Shown: piece by piece, positions 49,958 through 59,198 of the stretch
Numbering within the stretch: the first letter of the stretch is position 1
Layout of the letters: the number at the start of each line of letters is the position of its first letter
NCBI GenBank assembly: GCA_965206645.1
Contig: CBDBKE010000001.1
Location: forward strand, 64,001-128,000
Source of the DNA: Terriglobia bacterium
GTDB lineage: Bacteria > Acidobacteriota > Terriglobia > JAJPHL01 > JAPKYU01
DNA length: 64,000 nucleotides
Direction of reading: 5' to 3'
Program-made: the position numbers and the translations under genes
Notes under the pieces: model-generated
Databases searched by the model: none
The model's input: the letters and a program-made list of their open reading frames with translations, nothing else
Told to the model about the DNA's origin: nothing

Positions 49958-51255
49958 GGTTGCAGGGTGGCTTCGGCCAGGGCCGAAGTACCGGTTTTCA
50001 GATCGCCCGCCTCGTTAAATTCCAATGCCACCGCGGGTTGCACTTCGTAGTTGGGGTTGCCAGCCAGGTCGGCCGCGCAGGGGGGCGTGGCCAGGAGCGT
50101 GGCCATCGACAAGGTGTTGCGAATCCAGGCGGCCCGCACCGTTTCGGTCTCAGGCGAGCCCAGGTTGCTCAGCAGAAAATCCAGCGCTGCACGATCGCTC
50201 GGGAAAGAGATGGGCATGCGGGCAGGCACATACGCGAGAGCGGTGCGCACATTGGTGTAGGTGACGTGGAAATCGGCTTTGCGGCCGATGCGCTCGTGCA
50301 TCGCGTCGGCGAGGCCTATGCCGGAGGCATTGCCCTCGCTTTCCGGTGTCAGGTCACGGATGTAGATGCGGCGGATCCGGATGGAGCGCTCCACCTCCAA
50401 CGGGAAGCGGTCGGGATGGACACTGCGCCCGATCACCTTCGTGTCCATCCCAACGCCGCTGATGTTCTTGCCGATCTCATCCACGATCAGCAGGTCCAGT
50501 GAGGAAAAGGGCAGCTTGGGATGCAACTGCCGGGATCGAGCCAGCAAGCGACGGTCCATCCCTTCGATGTCGGCGGTGGGTGCGGCGGCGACTTCGCACA
50601 AGCTGTGCCGGTCGTTCTCCACCAGGCCCAACCCGGCCAAGATCCGGCCACTGGCCACGATGTGGCGGCTCATGGGAAGGATCGCCTGGGGGAATCCGCT
50701 GCGGAGGCTGTTCTTGTGCAAGCTGGTGGCCCCTTCCAACTTACCCAACCCCACTGTCATCATCTTCAAGAGGCCGCTTTCCACCTCTCCCTCAAAGTCG
50801 GTGTGGAGCTTGACCCGGTTCAGCACCAGTACCCGCCCGGACTCCCAGGCGGCGCGGTCCATGAAGGTTTCAAAGCCCTCGGGAGTCCGACCAAGCGAAA
50901 CCGTTTCCATCGAGGAGACCACCGGCGCGCCCACCAGCTCTTCTGTGACCCCTAGGTCGGCAAGCAGGCGGCGCTGGCCTTCCGCCGTGGCACCGCCGTG
51001 GCTCCCCATGGCCGGAACCACGAAGGGCCGCGCTCCAGCCTCTCGCAACACGGCACAGGCGGCCCGCACGACCGCCGCGATCCGGTCAATGCCGCGGCTG
51101 CCACAGGTGACAGCCACCGTCGCGCCCTCCGGAATGCCGGCCAGAACTTCCGGCAGGGCCTGAAAGGCACGGCGGACTGCCGGGCCCACTTCCGCAATAG
51201 CCGGAGCGGTGGCGCGCAGCGACCGGACTGGATGTAAGACCAACTGTTCAATCAT
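49927..51255 (-). CDS. Lactate racemase (LarA) homologue, DUF2088-type nickel-pincer racemase/epimerase
   Basis: GSRGI, PAMGSHGGAT, NRVK.HTDF, ESGL.KM, GLGK..GA, GKNISG.GMD. Confidence 0.78.
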   Translation of the reverse strand: MIEQLVLHPVRSLRATAPAIAEVGPAVRRAFQALPEVLAGIPEGATVAVTCGSRGIDRIAAVVRAACAVLREAGARPFVVPAMGSHGGATAEGQRRLLADLGVTEELVGAPVVSSMETVSLGRTPEGFETFMDRAAWESGRVLVLNRVKLHTDFEGEVESGLLKMMTVGLGKLEGATSLHKNSLRSGFPQAILPMSRHIVASGRILAGLGLVENDRHSLCEVAAAPTADIEGMDRRLLARSRQLHPKLPFSSLDLLIVDEIGKNISGVGMDTKVIGRSVHPDRFPLEVERSIRIRRIYIRDLTPESEGNASGIGLADAMHERIGRKADFHVTYTNVRTALAYVPARMPISFPSDRAALDFLLSNLGSPETETVRAAWIRNTLSMATLLATPPCAADLAGNPNYEVQPAVALEFNEAGDLKTGTSALAEATLQPCVRPLLPTT

Positions 51256-51384
51256 GTGAGCATTGTCGCCCTGCCCTTGACCAACAGTCAACCCCACCGG
51301 AGTAGTGTGTCAGTCTCCGGCAAAGGTGCCGTTCAGCCGCGAGCTGCACGACTCCTTTCTCGCTTTTGGTTTCGCGGTGTTCAT

Positions 51385-51735
51385 TCAGGTTGTACGCTCC
51401 ACGTACTCCTTGAGAGCGACGGCGTTGTTCAACCGCGACTCTCGTGAGGCAAAGACGAAGGTGACCCGACCAGCTCGGACGCGCTCAAGAATGGGATGCA
51501 GCGACTCCTGTCGGGCACGCAACTCCTTGAAGTATCTGCGCTTGAACTCTGCCCACTTGTCCGGCGCGTGATTGAACCAGCGCCGCAGTTCGGTAGAGGG
51601 AGCAGCCTCCTTGGGCCAGAGGTCGATCTTCGCTTCCTGCTTCGAGAGACCGCGGGGCCACAGCCGTTCGACAAGAATGCGGCAGCCATCCGATTGTGAC
51701 GGGGTCTCGTAGGCACGTTTCAGCAAGATGGGCAT
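51385..51735 (-). CDS. DUF488 family protein (YeaO-like)
   Basis: KRAYE, DG.RILVERLWPRG..K, APSTELR.WF.H, NNA..L. Confidence 0.9.
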   Translation of the reverse strand: MPILLKRAYETPSQSDGCRILVERLWPRGLSKQEAKIDLWPKEAAPSTELRRWFNHAPDKWAEFKRRYFKELRARQESLHPILERVRAGRVTFVFASRESRLNNAVALKEYVERTT

Positions 51736-51742
51736 GGCGTCT

Positions 51743-51770
51743 GCCTAACCGCTGCAGCGGCTTGTTAGGT
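51743..51770 (-). mobile_element. Eroded integron attC-like site
   Basis: Minus strand ACCTAAC-aagccgctgcagcg-GTTAGGC: RYYYAAC inverse core containing the upstream gene's stop, and GTTRRRY core 7 nt before the next ATG. Confidence 0.6.
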
Positions 51771-52262
51771 GGACTCGTCCGCCATCTTCTCGATCTCCTC
51801 CAGTAGCCTACTTCGAAGCCAAGACTCTAGCATCATCAGGCCGTTGACCGTGAAGAGCTGGTAGTGGGGGTTGCCTTGGTAGCCAGTCACAGCGCCAGCG
51901 TGGATTTCGACGGCGCCAATGATGTCTTGTGATGGCACCTCTCCCTCTGGCGTAGGTGTACGAGCATCGATGATGTAGACGTTACCGTCCCGCAGTCGCT
52001 TGGCTTCCGCTACCACACCAGGGCAATTCGCAGCGTGTCGGGCGATGAAGTCATGAAGAAACTCGAGGAATCGCACATTCGGCGCGAAGTGTTCGACATC
52101 GAAGAAATCGGGACCGTCGACAAGCTTGCCTAGGATGGCTTCGGCGGGAAGGCCGTGTCGGAAGACGACATCATGCGGGACCAGAGAGACGTAGTGTTCA
52201 TCCCGGCCGGTCTGCCTATCCCGGATCGTGTAGACAAATGCTTGCTCGCCAGGATTACCCAT
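51765..52262 (-). CDS. Hypothetical protein (probable former gene cassette)
   Basis: 165-aa ORF with D.RTP...G.VP..DIIG and Y..NP.Y.L.T..G motifs; bounded by GTTAGGT and ACCTAAC. Confidence 0.7.
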   Translation of the reverse strand: MGNPGEQAFVYTIRDRQTGRDEHYVSLVPHDVVFRHGLPAEAILGKLVDGPDFFDVEHFAPNVRFLEFLHDFIARHAANCPGVVAEAKRLRDGNVYIIDARTPTPEGEVPSQDIIGAVEIHAGAVTGYQGNPHYQLFTVNGLMMLESWLRSRLLEEIEKMADEST

Positions 52263-52267
52263 GTTCC

Positions 52268-52287
52268 ACCTAACTTGCGCTTAGGCC
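52268..52287 (-). mobile_element. Right half of an attC-like site
   Basis: Minus strand GGCCTAAgcgcaaGTTAGGT, 5 nt before the ATG of the 52262 ORF. Confidence 0.5.
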
Positions 52288-52318
52288 GACCTGGATAAAA
52301 CCGGCGCTGGTGCTGTCT

Positions 52319-52906
52319 TCAGTCGTCACTATGCAAAAGTCCTCCGGCTTCCAACGTGCGCCAGAACGCGTAGTCGGCATGATGCACGACCGTATTCTCC
52401 AGACTCCGCACCACCAGCTCGCCCTCGCCCGAATGCGCTCCGGCCATATGGGCCACCGCCTCCGGAAGGCCCAGGCTGAGACAGATGTGCACGCCGTAGG
52501 CCGGATGCCGGATGGAGGGGAATCCCGCCGCTCGGGGCGCTCCCTTCCAGCGCGCCTGATTCTTCGGATCGAACTCCCACGGTTTGCCCACATCATGGCA
52601 CAAGGCCCCGGCAATCAGAACGTCCCGGTTGATTTTCAAATCCGGAAACATCGCCATCATCTCATCGGCAATCACCATTGCCAGCCGTGTCACCCCGCGG
52701 ATGTGATCCGTCTGCGTCCCCGTCTTCAGCGGTGGCGTATCGGGATTCCCCGACGGCTTGATCTCTGCAATCGCTCCAAAGCTGCTGCCGCCTAAGGACG
52801 TCGCCCAAGCCTCCACCACTTTCTTCTGCAGTTCCGGATTAGAAATCTCCTCAACCTCCGGCAGTTCCTCCCGAACTTTAGCGCGCAAAGCATCGGTCGC
52901 TGACAT
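52319..52906 (-). CDS. HD domain-containing protein
   Basis: H.RGV, AGALCHDVGK, RH..YG, H..EG, HHAD; GGAGGAGG RBS before ATG at 52906. Confidence 0.85.
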   Translation of the reverse strand: MSATDALRAKVREELPEVEEISNPELQKKVVEAWATSLGGSSFGAIAEIKPSGNPDTPPLKTGTQTDHIRGVTRLAMVIADEMMAMFPDLKINRDVLIAGALCHDVGKPWEFDPKNQARWKGAPRAAGFPSIRHPAYGVHICLSLGLPEAVAHMAGAHSGEGELVVRSLENTVVHHADYAFWRTLEAGGLLHSDD

Positions 52907-53087
52907 AATGCCTCCTCCGAAGAAGTAAATAGGGGAAGTAACCTCACCACTCATAGTGCCAGAGAGGTTTCAGGCTTTCTATCGAATTTGTTGTCTGCCG
53001 AGTACTCCATTATCGGGTGAAGCAGTCCCGTGCGCGGCTGGACCGGCTTGCCTGCCCAAGCTCTGCCCCGTTCTCTCGCGGGAGTCA

Positions 53088-53723
53088 CTACAGCTTGAGC
53101 GAAACAGAGACGCCGTCGCGCAACGGGATAATGACGGTGTGTAGCTCCGCAGTGGAGTAGGTCAGGCGGTTGAATTCCTGAATGCCTCGAGTGTCGCGGT
53201 CTGGGCGTCGCAGGCGCACTACGCGGCCGAACCAGAGCGTGTTGTCTGCCACCAGCAGGCCGCCCCGGCGCAGGCGCGACAAGGCCAGCGGGAAGACTTC
53301 TGGATACTGGTGCTTGTCCACATCGTTGAAGATCAAGTCGAACTCTCCGGGTGTGGCGCGGAGTAGTTCGAGGGAATCCCCCACGGCGATGCGCGCGATG
53401 TGGCTGACACCCGCGCGCTCCAGATACTGGCCGGCGCGCCGGGCGTTGCTCCGGCTGCCATCGCTGTAGTACACCTCAGCGCCCTCACCAGCGGCACGGG
53501 CCAGCCAGATGGTGGAATAGCCGATCGCCGAGCCCAATTCAAAGATGCGGTGCGCGCCCCCTAACTTGACCAGCAGGTAAAGCAAGCGTCCCACCGCCGG
53601 GCCGACGATGGGTATGCGATGCTCGCGGGCATAGGCTTCCATTTCTTCCAGGACCGCATCCCGCGCCGGTAACAGGTTGTAAAGATAGCTCTCCACGTCG
53701 GGATGAGTGATTTCGGTATTCAT
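53088..53723 (-). CDS. O-methyltransferase (cation-dependent CCoAOMT/COMT-like)
   Basis: P.V...GRLL, ELGSAIGYS..WLA, FD.IF.D.DK, GGLLVADN, P.RDG. Confidence 0.88.
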   Translation of the reverse strand: MNTEITHPDVESYLYNLLPARDAVLEEMEAYAREHRIPIVGPAVGRLLYLLVKLGGAHRIFELGSAIGYSTIWLARAAGEGAEVYYSDGSRSNARRAGQYLERAGVSHIARIAVGDSLELLRATPGEFDLIFNDVDKHQYPEVFPLALSRLRRGGLLVADNTLWFGRVVRLRRPDRDTRGIQEFNRLTYSTAELHTVIIPLRDGVSVSLKL

Positions 53724-53826
53724 GCCTCGGATTATGCCACTTGCTTGGGGCCTAACGGACATTTTGGAGGTTGGCCGGTGAGAGGCGGATCATCGAAACG
53801 TGTTTAGGAAGCCGGCTCCCCGCGGG

Positions 53827-54915
53827 CTAATGGAAGAAGAAGATCTGGGTGTGTACCTTTCGTCCCGAGTTCAAGATGTCCTTGGCATGAATCTGGTAAT
53901 CGGGCCGGGCCCGCTTGACCAGCGCAGGTATGATCGTCGGATCGCGACGGAAGTGATACACGGAGATGGCCATGCGGGGTTTGAACTGCTGGAGCGTCTC
54001 GCTGGCCCCCTCCATCGCGAAGCGTTCGGAACCTTCGATGTCCATTTTGATGAAATCCACTCGATCGAGCTTGAGGTTCGCGACAATGTGGTCCAGTGGC
54101 AGAACAGGAAGGCCCTCCATCTTGTTGCCGTTGGTCGGTTCTTCTACAAACGTCTTTCTCCCAGAATTCCCATCTAGGGGCTCATAGAGCGTGAGACGCG
54201 TTTTCTTGTTCCAGACCCCCGCCTTCACCACGATGACCCGACCCTCCGCAATCTCCGGGCCAAGATTGGACTCCAGGCAGGCCGCGTTTGTAGGATCGGG
54301 CTCAATGGCCACCACCCGATCAGCTCCTTGCTTCAAAGCTAACTTGGTAAAGAGGCCAACGTGGGCGCCGCAGTCCACCACCGTATCGCCGGGGCGGATG
54401 GCCACCTCTCCGCTCTCGTAGATCCTCTGACCAGTCATCTCCCAAACCAGCCAGGTGAGGAGTTCCTTCCCCGGGGCAGTCAACCAGAACTTGCCGAGTT
54501 CGGTCTGGTACAGCTCCCACTTACGCCCCTCCACAACTTTCTCTTCGACCTGATAGACACTCTTCTCAACTTCAGGAGCGGGCCTCGGCCAGCAGGGTCC
54601 GAAAGCCTTGCGCTGAACATCGTTCCACTCGACATAGAGAAGGCGGCCGCGCAGTTTTTCATAAACAACGCTGGCCCGCCACCACGCCGAGCAACCGCTT
54701 TGATCGATTCTGGACCATCCCAGCCCTGCCGCCACCAGCACCCCCGCCAGTGTCCAGGCTTTCCGCTCGCGACTGGACCAAATCAGACCTGTGGCGCCCA
54801 CAAGAAGCGCCAAAGTAACGGCGTCATGGACCCCCCAGATGACTCCGGCGGCAGCAATCAGAGCTGCTAGCACTAGGGCTACCTGTCTGCGCCGGGAGAC
54901 GGTTAGGTTTGGCAA
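53827..54915 (-). CDS. FkbM family methyltransferase with N-terminal membrane anchor
   Basis: VVDCGAHVG.F, VVAIEP.P.N, LD......VDFIKMDIEGSE, SVYH. Confidence 0.88.
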   Translation of the reverse strand: MPNLTVSRRRQVALVLAALIAAAGVIWGVHDAVTLALLVGATGLIWSSRERKAWTLAGVLVAAGLGWSRIDQSGCSAWWRASVVYEKLRGRLLYVEWNDVQRKAFGPCWPRPAPEVEKSVYQVEEKVVEGRKWELYQTELGKFWLTAPGKELLTWLVWEMTGQRIYESGEVAIRPGDTVVDCGAHVGLFTKLALKQGADRVVAIEPDPTNAACLESNLGPEIAEGRVIVVKAGVWNKKTRLTLYEPLDGNSGRKTFVEEPTNGNKMEGLPVLPLDHIVANLKLDRVDFIKMDIEGSERFAMEGASETLQQFKPRMAISVYHFRRDPTIIPALVKRARPDYQIHAKDILNSGRKVHTQIFFFH

Positions 54916-55115
54916 GGTGGTTACCTCCGCACGCCCTATTGTGATCTATTCCTACCGAGAAGATCGAATTCCAATCGGAATTTCCGATTTGCGCTTCCAC
55001 TTCGCCCAAGAACGTACACCAGGCTGCTCTGTCGACCCAGCCGGAACCGACTTTTGCGAGGTGGCCGTTTTGAGGCGGATCGTCGAAACGTGTTGGGAAG
55101 CCAGTCCCAAGCTGG

Positions 55116-56218
55116 CTAATCGAAGAAGAGGACTTTGGTTCGTACTCGTCCCATTGTCTCGATGTCCTTGGCATGAATCTGGTAATCGGGCTGGGCCCGC
55201 CTGACCAGCACAGGTATGATCGTCGGATCGTCCGACGAGTGATACACGCTGATGGCCATGCGGGGCTTGAATTGCCGGAGAGTCGCGGTGGCCCCTTGAA
55301 GCGCGAAGCGTTCGGAACCCTCGATATCCATTTTGATGAAATCCACCCGGTCGAGTTTGAGGTTCGCGACGATGTCATCCAGCGGCAGCACAGGAAGGCC
55401 TTCAATCTTGTTCGCGTTTGGCAGTTCCCCCACGAACGTGTTTTTTCCGGAATTTTCATCTAGGGACTCATAGAGCGTGAGACGCGTTTTTTGTTCCAGA
55501 GTCCTGCTTTCACCACCACGACACGGCCTTCTGCAATCTCCCGGCTCAGATTGGACTCCAGGCAGGCGACGTTTATAGGATCCGGCTCAATGGCCACCAC
55601 CCGATCGGCTCCTTGCCGCAGAGCGAACTTGGTAAAGAGGCCGACGTGAGCGCCACAATCCATCACCGTATCCCCCTGCCGGATCGCGGCCTGCCCGCTC
55701 TCATAGTCGCGCTGCACAGTCAACTCCCAGAGGAGAAACGCAAGGAGGTCTTTACCCGGTGCCGGCATCCAGAAGCGTCCCAGCTCGGTTTGATAAAGCT
55801 CCCATTTGCGTCCCTCCACAACTCTTTCTTCGACCTGATGGATACTCTTCTCGACTTCCGGATGGGGCTTGTTGAGCCCATAGCATGGTCCAAAGGCCTT
55901 ACGCTGAACATGGTCCCACTCGATATAGGGAAGGTGGCCGCGCAGTTGTTCATAGACGACGCTGGCCCGCCACCATGCCGAACACCCGATCTCATCTGTG
56001 TGGGACCATAGTAAGCCCCCGGCTACGATTGCGCCGGACACCAGCCAAGCTTTCCATTCACGGCTGGACCAAATCAGACCGGCGGCGCCCACAAGAAGCG
56101 CCAAGGTAACCCCGTCATGGACACGCCAGATGACTCCTGTGGCGGCAATCAGAGATGCCAGCACCAGTGCCGCTTTTCGTCGCTGAAGAACCTTCACCTC
56201 TGGAAGACCGGATTTCAT
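55116..56218 (-). pseudogene. Frameshifted FkbM family methyltransferase paralogue
   Basis: Collinear with 53827-54915, but AAC AAG AAA ACG has become AAC AAA AAA CG (1 nt short, T6 run at 55487-55492), splitting it into ORFs 55460-56218 and 55116-55433. Confidence 0.8.
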
Positions 56219-56294
56219 GATTACTCTCTATTTTGAATTGAAAGTCTGTCCGGTATTGAGAACCTGATGCATTACGGCGGTTTAGGCATTCTCG

Positions 56295-57008
56295 CTAGTA
56301 GAGGTACGGGACGAGCCGCCAGGTGCGGCGTCGGTAGGCTTCGAACTCGGCGGCCAGCAGCTTCTCCTCTTGCAGGATGCGCACAGCCACGAAGAGGGTC
56401 AGCAGCGGCACCAGCAGGAACACCAGCCAACTGCGGAATACCAGCGGCCAGCCTACCGCAACCAGAAGCGCCCGCAAGTAAATCGGGTGGCGGATCAGGG
56501 CGTAGATGCCGGTCTGCACGAGCTGGTGGTCGTCCTGGATGGTGACGTAGCCGCTGTACTGCTTTTCCAGCGTTTGCACCGCCACCAGGGCCACCGCGTT
56601 GCCTCCGGTGTAGAGCACTAGCCCGAAGTAGCACAGGGCGGAGCTATCGCCGAACGTCAGCAAACTTCGGCGGTCAGCATAGGCGACGAACCAGATCAGA
56701 AACATCGCCACCACGATTAGCCCGCCCAGCAGCCACCGCTGCCCTCCCACCGGACGCTGGCCTTTGCGATACAGTTCGACGTCCGGCGCCAACACCAGAA
56801 CCAGGATGGCGCCGAGCACGGCGAGCGCAAAGAATGCGGCGCGCGCCGGATGCGCAAAGTAGGCGCCTGGAGCGTCGAGTCCCCAGCCCACCAACACCAG
56901 GCCCAGTGCCAGACCCGGCGACAGGACCATCTGCGCCAGTAGCGCTTTGCTTATGGCTCCAGTTCGGGCCGGTGAATCGCTCATACAAGATCTGCGTGGG
57001 GCGTGCAA
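56295..57008 (-). CDS. Isoprenylcysteine carboxyl methyltransferase family membrane protein
   Basis: H.LV.TG.Y..IRHP.Y, RI..EE..L, F.AYRRRT.RL.P; start uncertain. Confidence 0.87.
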   Translation of the reverse strand: MHAPRRSCMSDSPARTGAISKALLAQMVLSPGLALGLVLVGWGLDAPGAYFAHPARAAFFALAVLGAILVLVLAPDVELYRKGQRPVGGQRWLLGGLIVVAMFLIWFVAYADRRSLLTFGDSSALCYFGLVLYTGGNAVALVAVQTLEKQYSGYVTIQDDHQLVQTGIYALIRHPIYLRALLVAVGWPLVFRSWLVFLLVPLLTLFVAVRILQEEKLLAAEFEAYRRRTWRLVPYLY

Positions 57009-57028
57009 GACGCTGGCGGTGCAGCGCC

Positions 57029-57841
57029 TCAGTCCACGGTCTGTTTGAATTCCATGACCTTCAGGTAGGCGGCCTCGTACGCCTCGGTCAGCATGGCGAA
57101 CAGGCCGGCATCGAACTTGTGCAGTCCGCGGGCGGTAATGCCGCCGGGAGTGGTGACCTCGTCAATGAAGTCGGCCAGGTGCCGGTCCGGTTCCAGCTCG
57201 CACAGCGACAGGGTGCCCTCGGCCACCCCGAAGGTGGCCACCTTGGCCAGATCGGCCGGCAGGCCCAGGTGCACCAGCGAGCGCACCATGCCCCACAGGA
57301 TGTAGGCCATAAAGGCCGGAGCGCTTCCGACGCCCACAATCGTGATGTCCAGGTGACGCTCCTGCTGGGTGAAGACTTCGCGTCCCCAGTGGGAGAAAAT
57401 GCCCCGCGCCAGTTGCAGATCGGCCTCGTTGCAGGATTGCGCCGACCAGAAGGTGACCGCGCGCCCGACCTCGATGGCGATGTTGGTGCTGCAGCGAACC
57501 ACTTTCTTGTGTCGGAGCAGGCGCGCGATGCTAGGCGAGTCAATCCCGGTCATGATGGAGATGACCAGCTGGCGCGCGGTCAGCGAGTCGTGGATTTCCC
57601 GCGCCACCTCCGCGAACATCTGCGGCTTGACGGCCAGAATCACGATGTCGGCGCCGCGCACCGCCCGCGCGTTCCCCTGGTGAATGCGGACGCCCGGGAA
57701 ACGGTCTGCCAGTTGTTTCGGCGTGCGTGTCTTGCTGACCGAGAGGTTGCGCGGCTCGCAGAAACCTTCGTGGATCAGCCGCTGTATGATGATGCGGCCC
57801 ATGTTGCCCGGCCCTAGAATGCAGATCTTTGGTGGTTTCAC
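57029..57841 (-). CDS. proC: Pyrroline-5-carboxylate reductase
   Basis: ILG.GNMG, ILAVKPQ, GS.PA, V.TPGG.T..GL. Confidence 0.85.
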   Translation of the reverse strand: MKPPKICILGPGNMGRIIIQRLIHEGFCEPRNLSVSKTRTPKQLADRFPGVRIHQGNARAVRGADIVILAVKPQMFAEVAREIHDSLTARQLVISIMTGIDSPSIARLLRHKKVVRCSTNIAIEVGRAVTFWSAQSCNEADLQLARGIFSHWGREVFTQQERHLDITIVGVGSAPAFMAYILWGMVRSLVHLGLPADLAKVATFGVAEGTLSLCELEPDRHLADFIDEVTTPGGITARGLHKFDAGLFAMLTEAYEAAYLKVMEFKQTVD

Positions 57842-57936
57842 TGCTTCCTCCCAGCGTGCGATTCGGCCATTATAGCCTCTTGCGAAAAACCTTTTCGGAG
57901 GGAATTCCTCTATGCCCGCGTGAGGAAGAGAACCTG

Positions 57937-57990
57937 GGTTGCGCGGTGGAGGCTGAGCGGCGCAGGTTGAGCGGCGGGGTTGAGCGCCGG
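57937..57990. repeat. 13-14-nt degenerate tandem repeat x4
   Basis: ggttgcgcggtgga / ggctgagcggcgca / ggttgagcggcgg / ggttgagcgccgg. Confidence 0.65.
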
Positions 57991-58052
57991 ACCAGGCCTA
58001 TCTCACGGGCGACGTGGAGCAGACGCGTCCCGCGACCCATACGCGAAGCAAC

Positions 58053-58634
58053 TTAGCGGCGGTAGAGGTAGAGGGTGTGCTGATGGAATTGGCTCTCGCC
58101 CTGGCTCATGTTTTCGATCTTCTCCGCGCGCCAGCCGGGAACTTTGAAATCGTGCGAGACGACGCGCGCGCCCTTCTGCAGGTGCTTCTCCAGTCTTGGT
58201 TTCAGCTTCTCGTTGGAGCTGGTCAACAGGTAGAGGGTCACTACCGTGGCCTGGCTCACATCCACCTTCATCAGATCGCCGTGGATCACCTTTACCCTGT
58301 CTTCCAGCTTTAACTGCTTGACCCGTTCTAAGGCTTCCTTGTGCAGCTTCTCGTCCATCTCCACGCCGACCGCCTGCGCGCCGAATTTCTGCGCGGCTAT
58401 GATGAGGATCCGCCCGTCCCCGGACCCCAGGTCGTAGACAATATCGTTGGGCTTGACCTCGGCCAGTTTCAGCATCCTCTCCACTACCGTTTCCGGGGAA
58501 GGCACGTAGGGCGCTAGTTTCTTGGGGGCCCTCGGGTCCGCCGCTTTGATCTGACCCAGCGCCGGGGTAGCCGCCAGCACGAGTCCAAGGATCAGGCTCG
58601 CCAGCAACGCCAGGGTCCGCTTTTCCTGCAGCAT
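58053..58634 (-). CDS. Class I SAM-dependent methyltransferase with N-terminal signal-like segment
   Basis: PYVPSP..VV..ML, YDLGSGDGRI, ATVVTLYLL, GARVVSHDF. Confidence 0.88.
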   Translation of the reverse strand: MLQEKRTLALLASLILGLVLAATPALGQIKAADPRAPKKLAPYVPSPETVVERMLKLAEVKPNDIVYDLGSGDGRILIIAAQKFGAQAVGVEMDEKLHKEALERVKQLKLEDRVKVIHGDLMKVDVSQATVVTLYLLTSSNEKLKPRLEKHLQKGARVVSHDFKVPGWRAEKIENMSQGESQFHQHTLYLYRR

Positions 58635-58814
58635 GCAGAAGTCTCCTCGGAATACACGACTGCCCTGCACCTGTGAGAGGGTTGACCGCCGCATACTAAA
58701 TTTTACCGTCGAACCGGCCGCAGGCACAAGGGCGAATGCCCCGCTTCCCTACCGCGGACGTTCGGCTCGTCAAAAGATAGCGGTTCACCCTGTTCTATGT
58801 TCTAATAGCGCGCC

Positions 58815-59198
58815 ATGAAACGAATCATTTCTTCGCCGGATGCGCCTCCAGCTGTAGGTCCGTATTCCCAGGTTGTAGAGGCGAATGGCTTCGTGTTTGT
58901 CAGTGGCCAGATGCCACTGGATTCTTCGGGCAAGCTGGTAGAAGGCGATATCGCTGTCCAGACCGAGCAGGTGATGAAGAACCTGTCCGCGATCGTGAAG
59001 GCGGCCGGCTCCAGCATGGAGCGGGCAGTCAAGGTCAATGTCTACCTGAAAGACCTCAAGGAGTTCGCCGAGATGAACAAGGTCTACGCGCGCTACTTCC
59101 CCAGCCAGCCGCCGGCGCGGGCTACGGTGGAGATCGCCCGGCTGGCGTTCGACGTGAAAGTTGAGATAGACCTGATTGCGCTGGCCGGGCAATCTTAG
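58815..59198 (+). CDS. RidA family reactive intermediate/imine deaminase
   Basis: AP..VGPYSQ, VSGQ, F..MN.VY..YF, PPAR, VEI. Confidence 0.93.
   Translation: MKRIISSPDAPPAVGPYSQVVEANGFVFVSGQMPLDSSGKLVEGDIAVQTEQVMKNLSAIVKAAGSSMERAVKVNVYLKDLKEFAEMNKVYARYFPSQPPARATVEIARLAFDVKVEIDLIALAGQS

Noticed and set aside
53750-53826. GTTAGGC on the minus strand after FkbM as a further attC core
   Set aside because: No convincing inverse core or internal stem; a lone 7-mer is expected by chance
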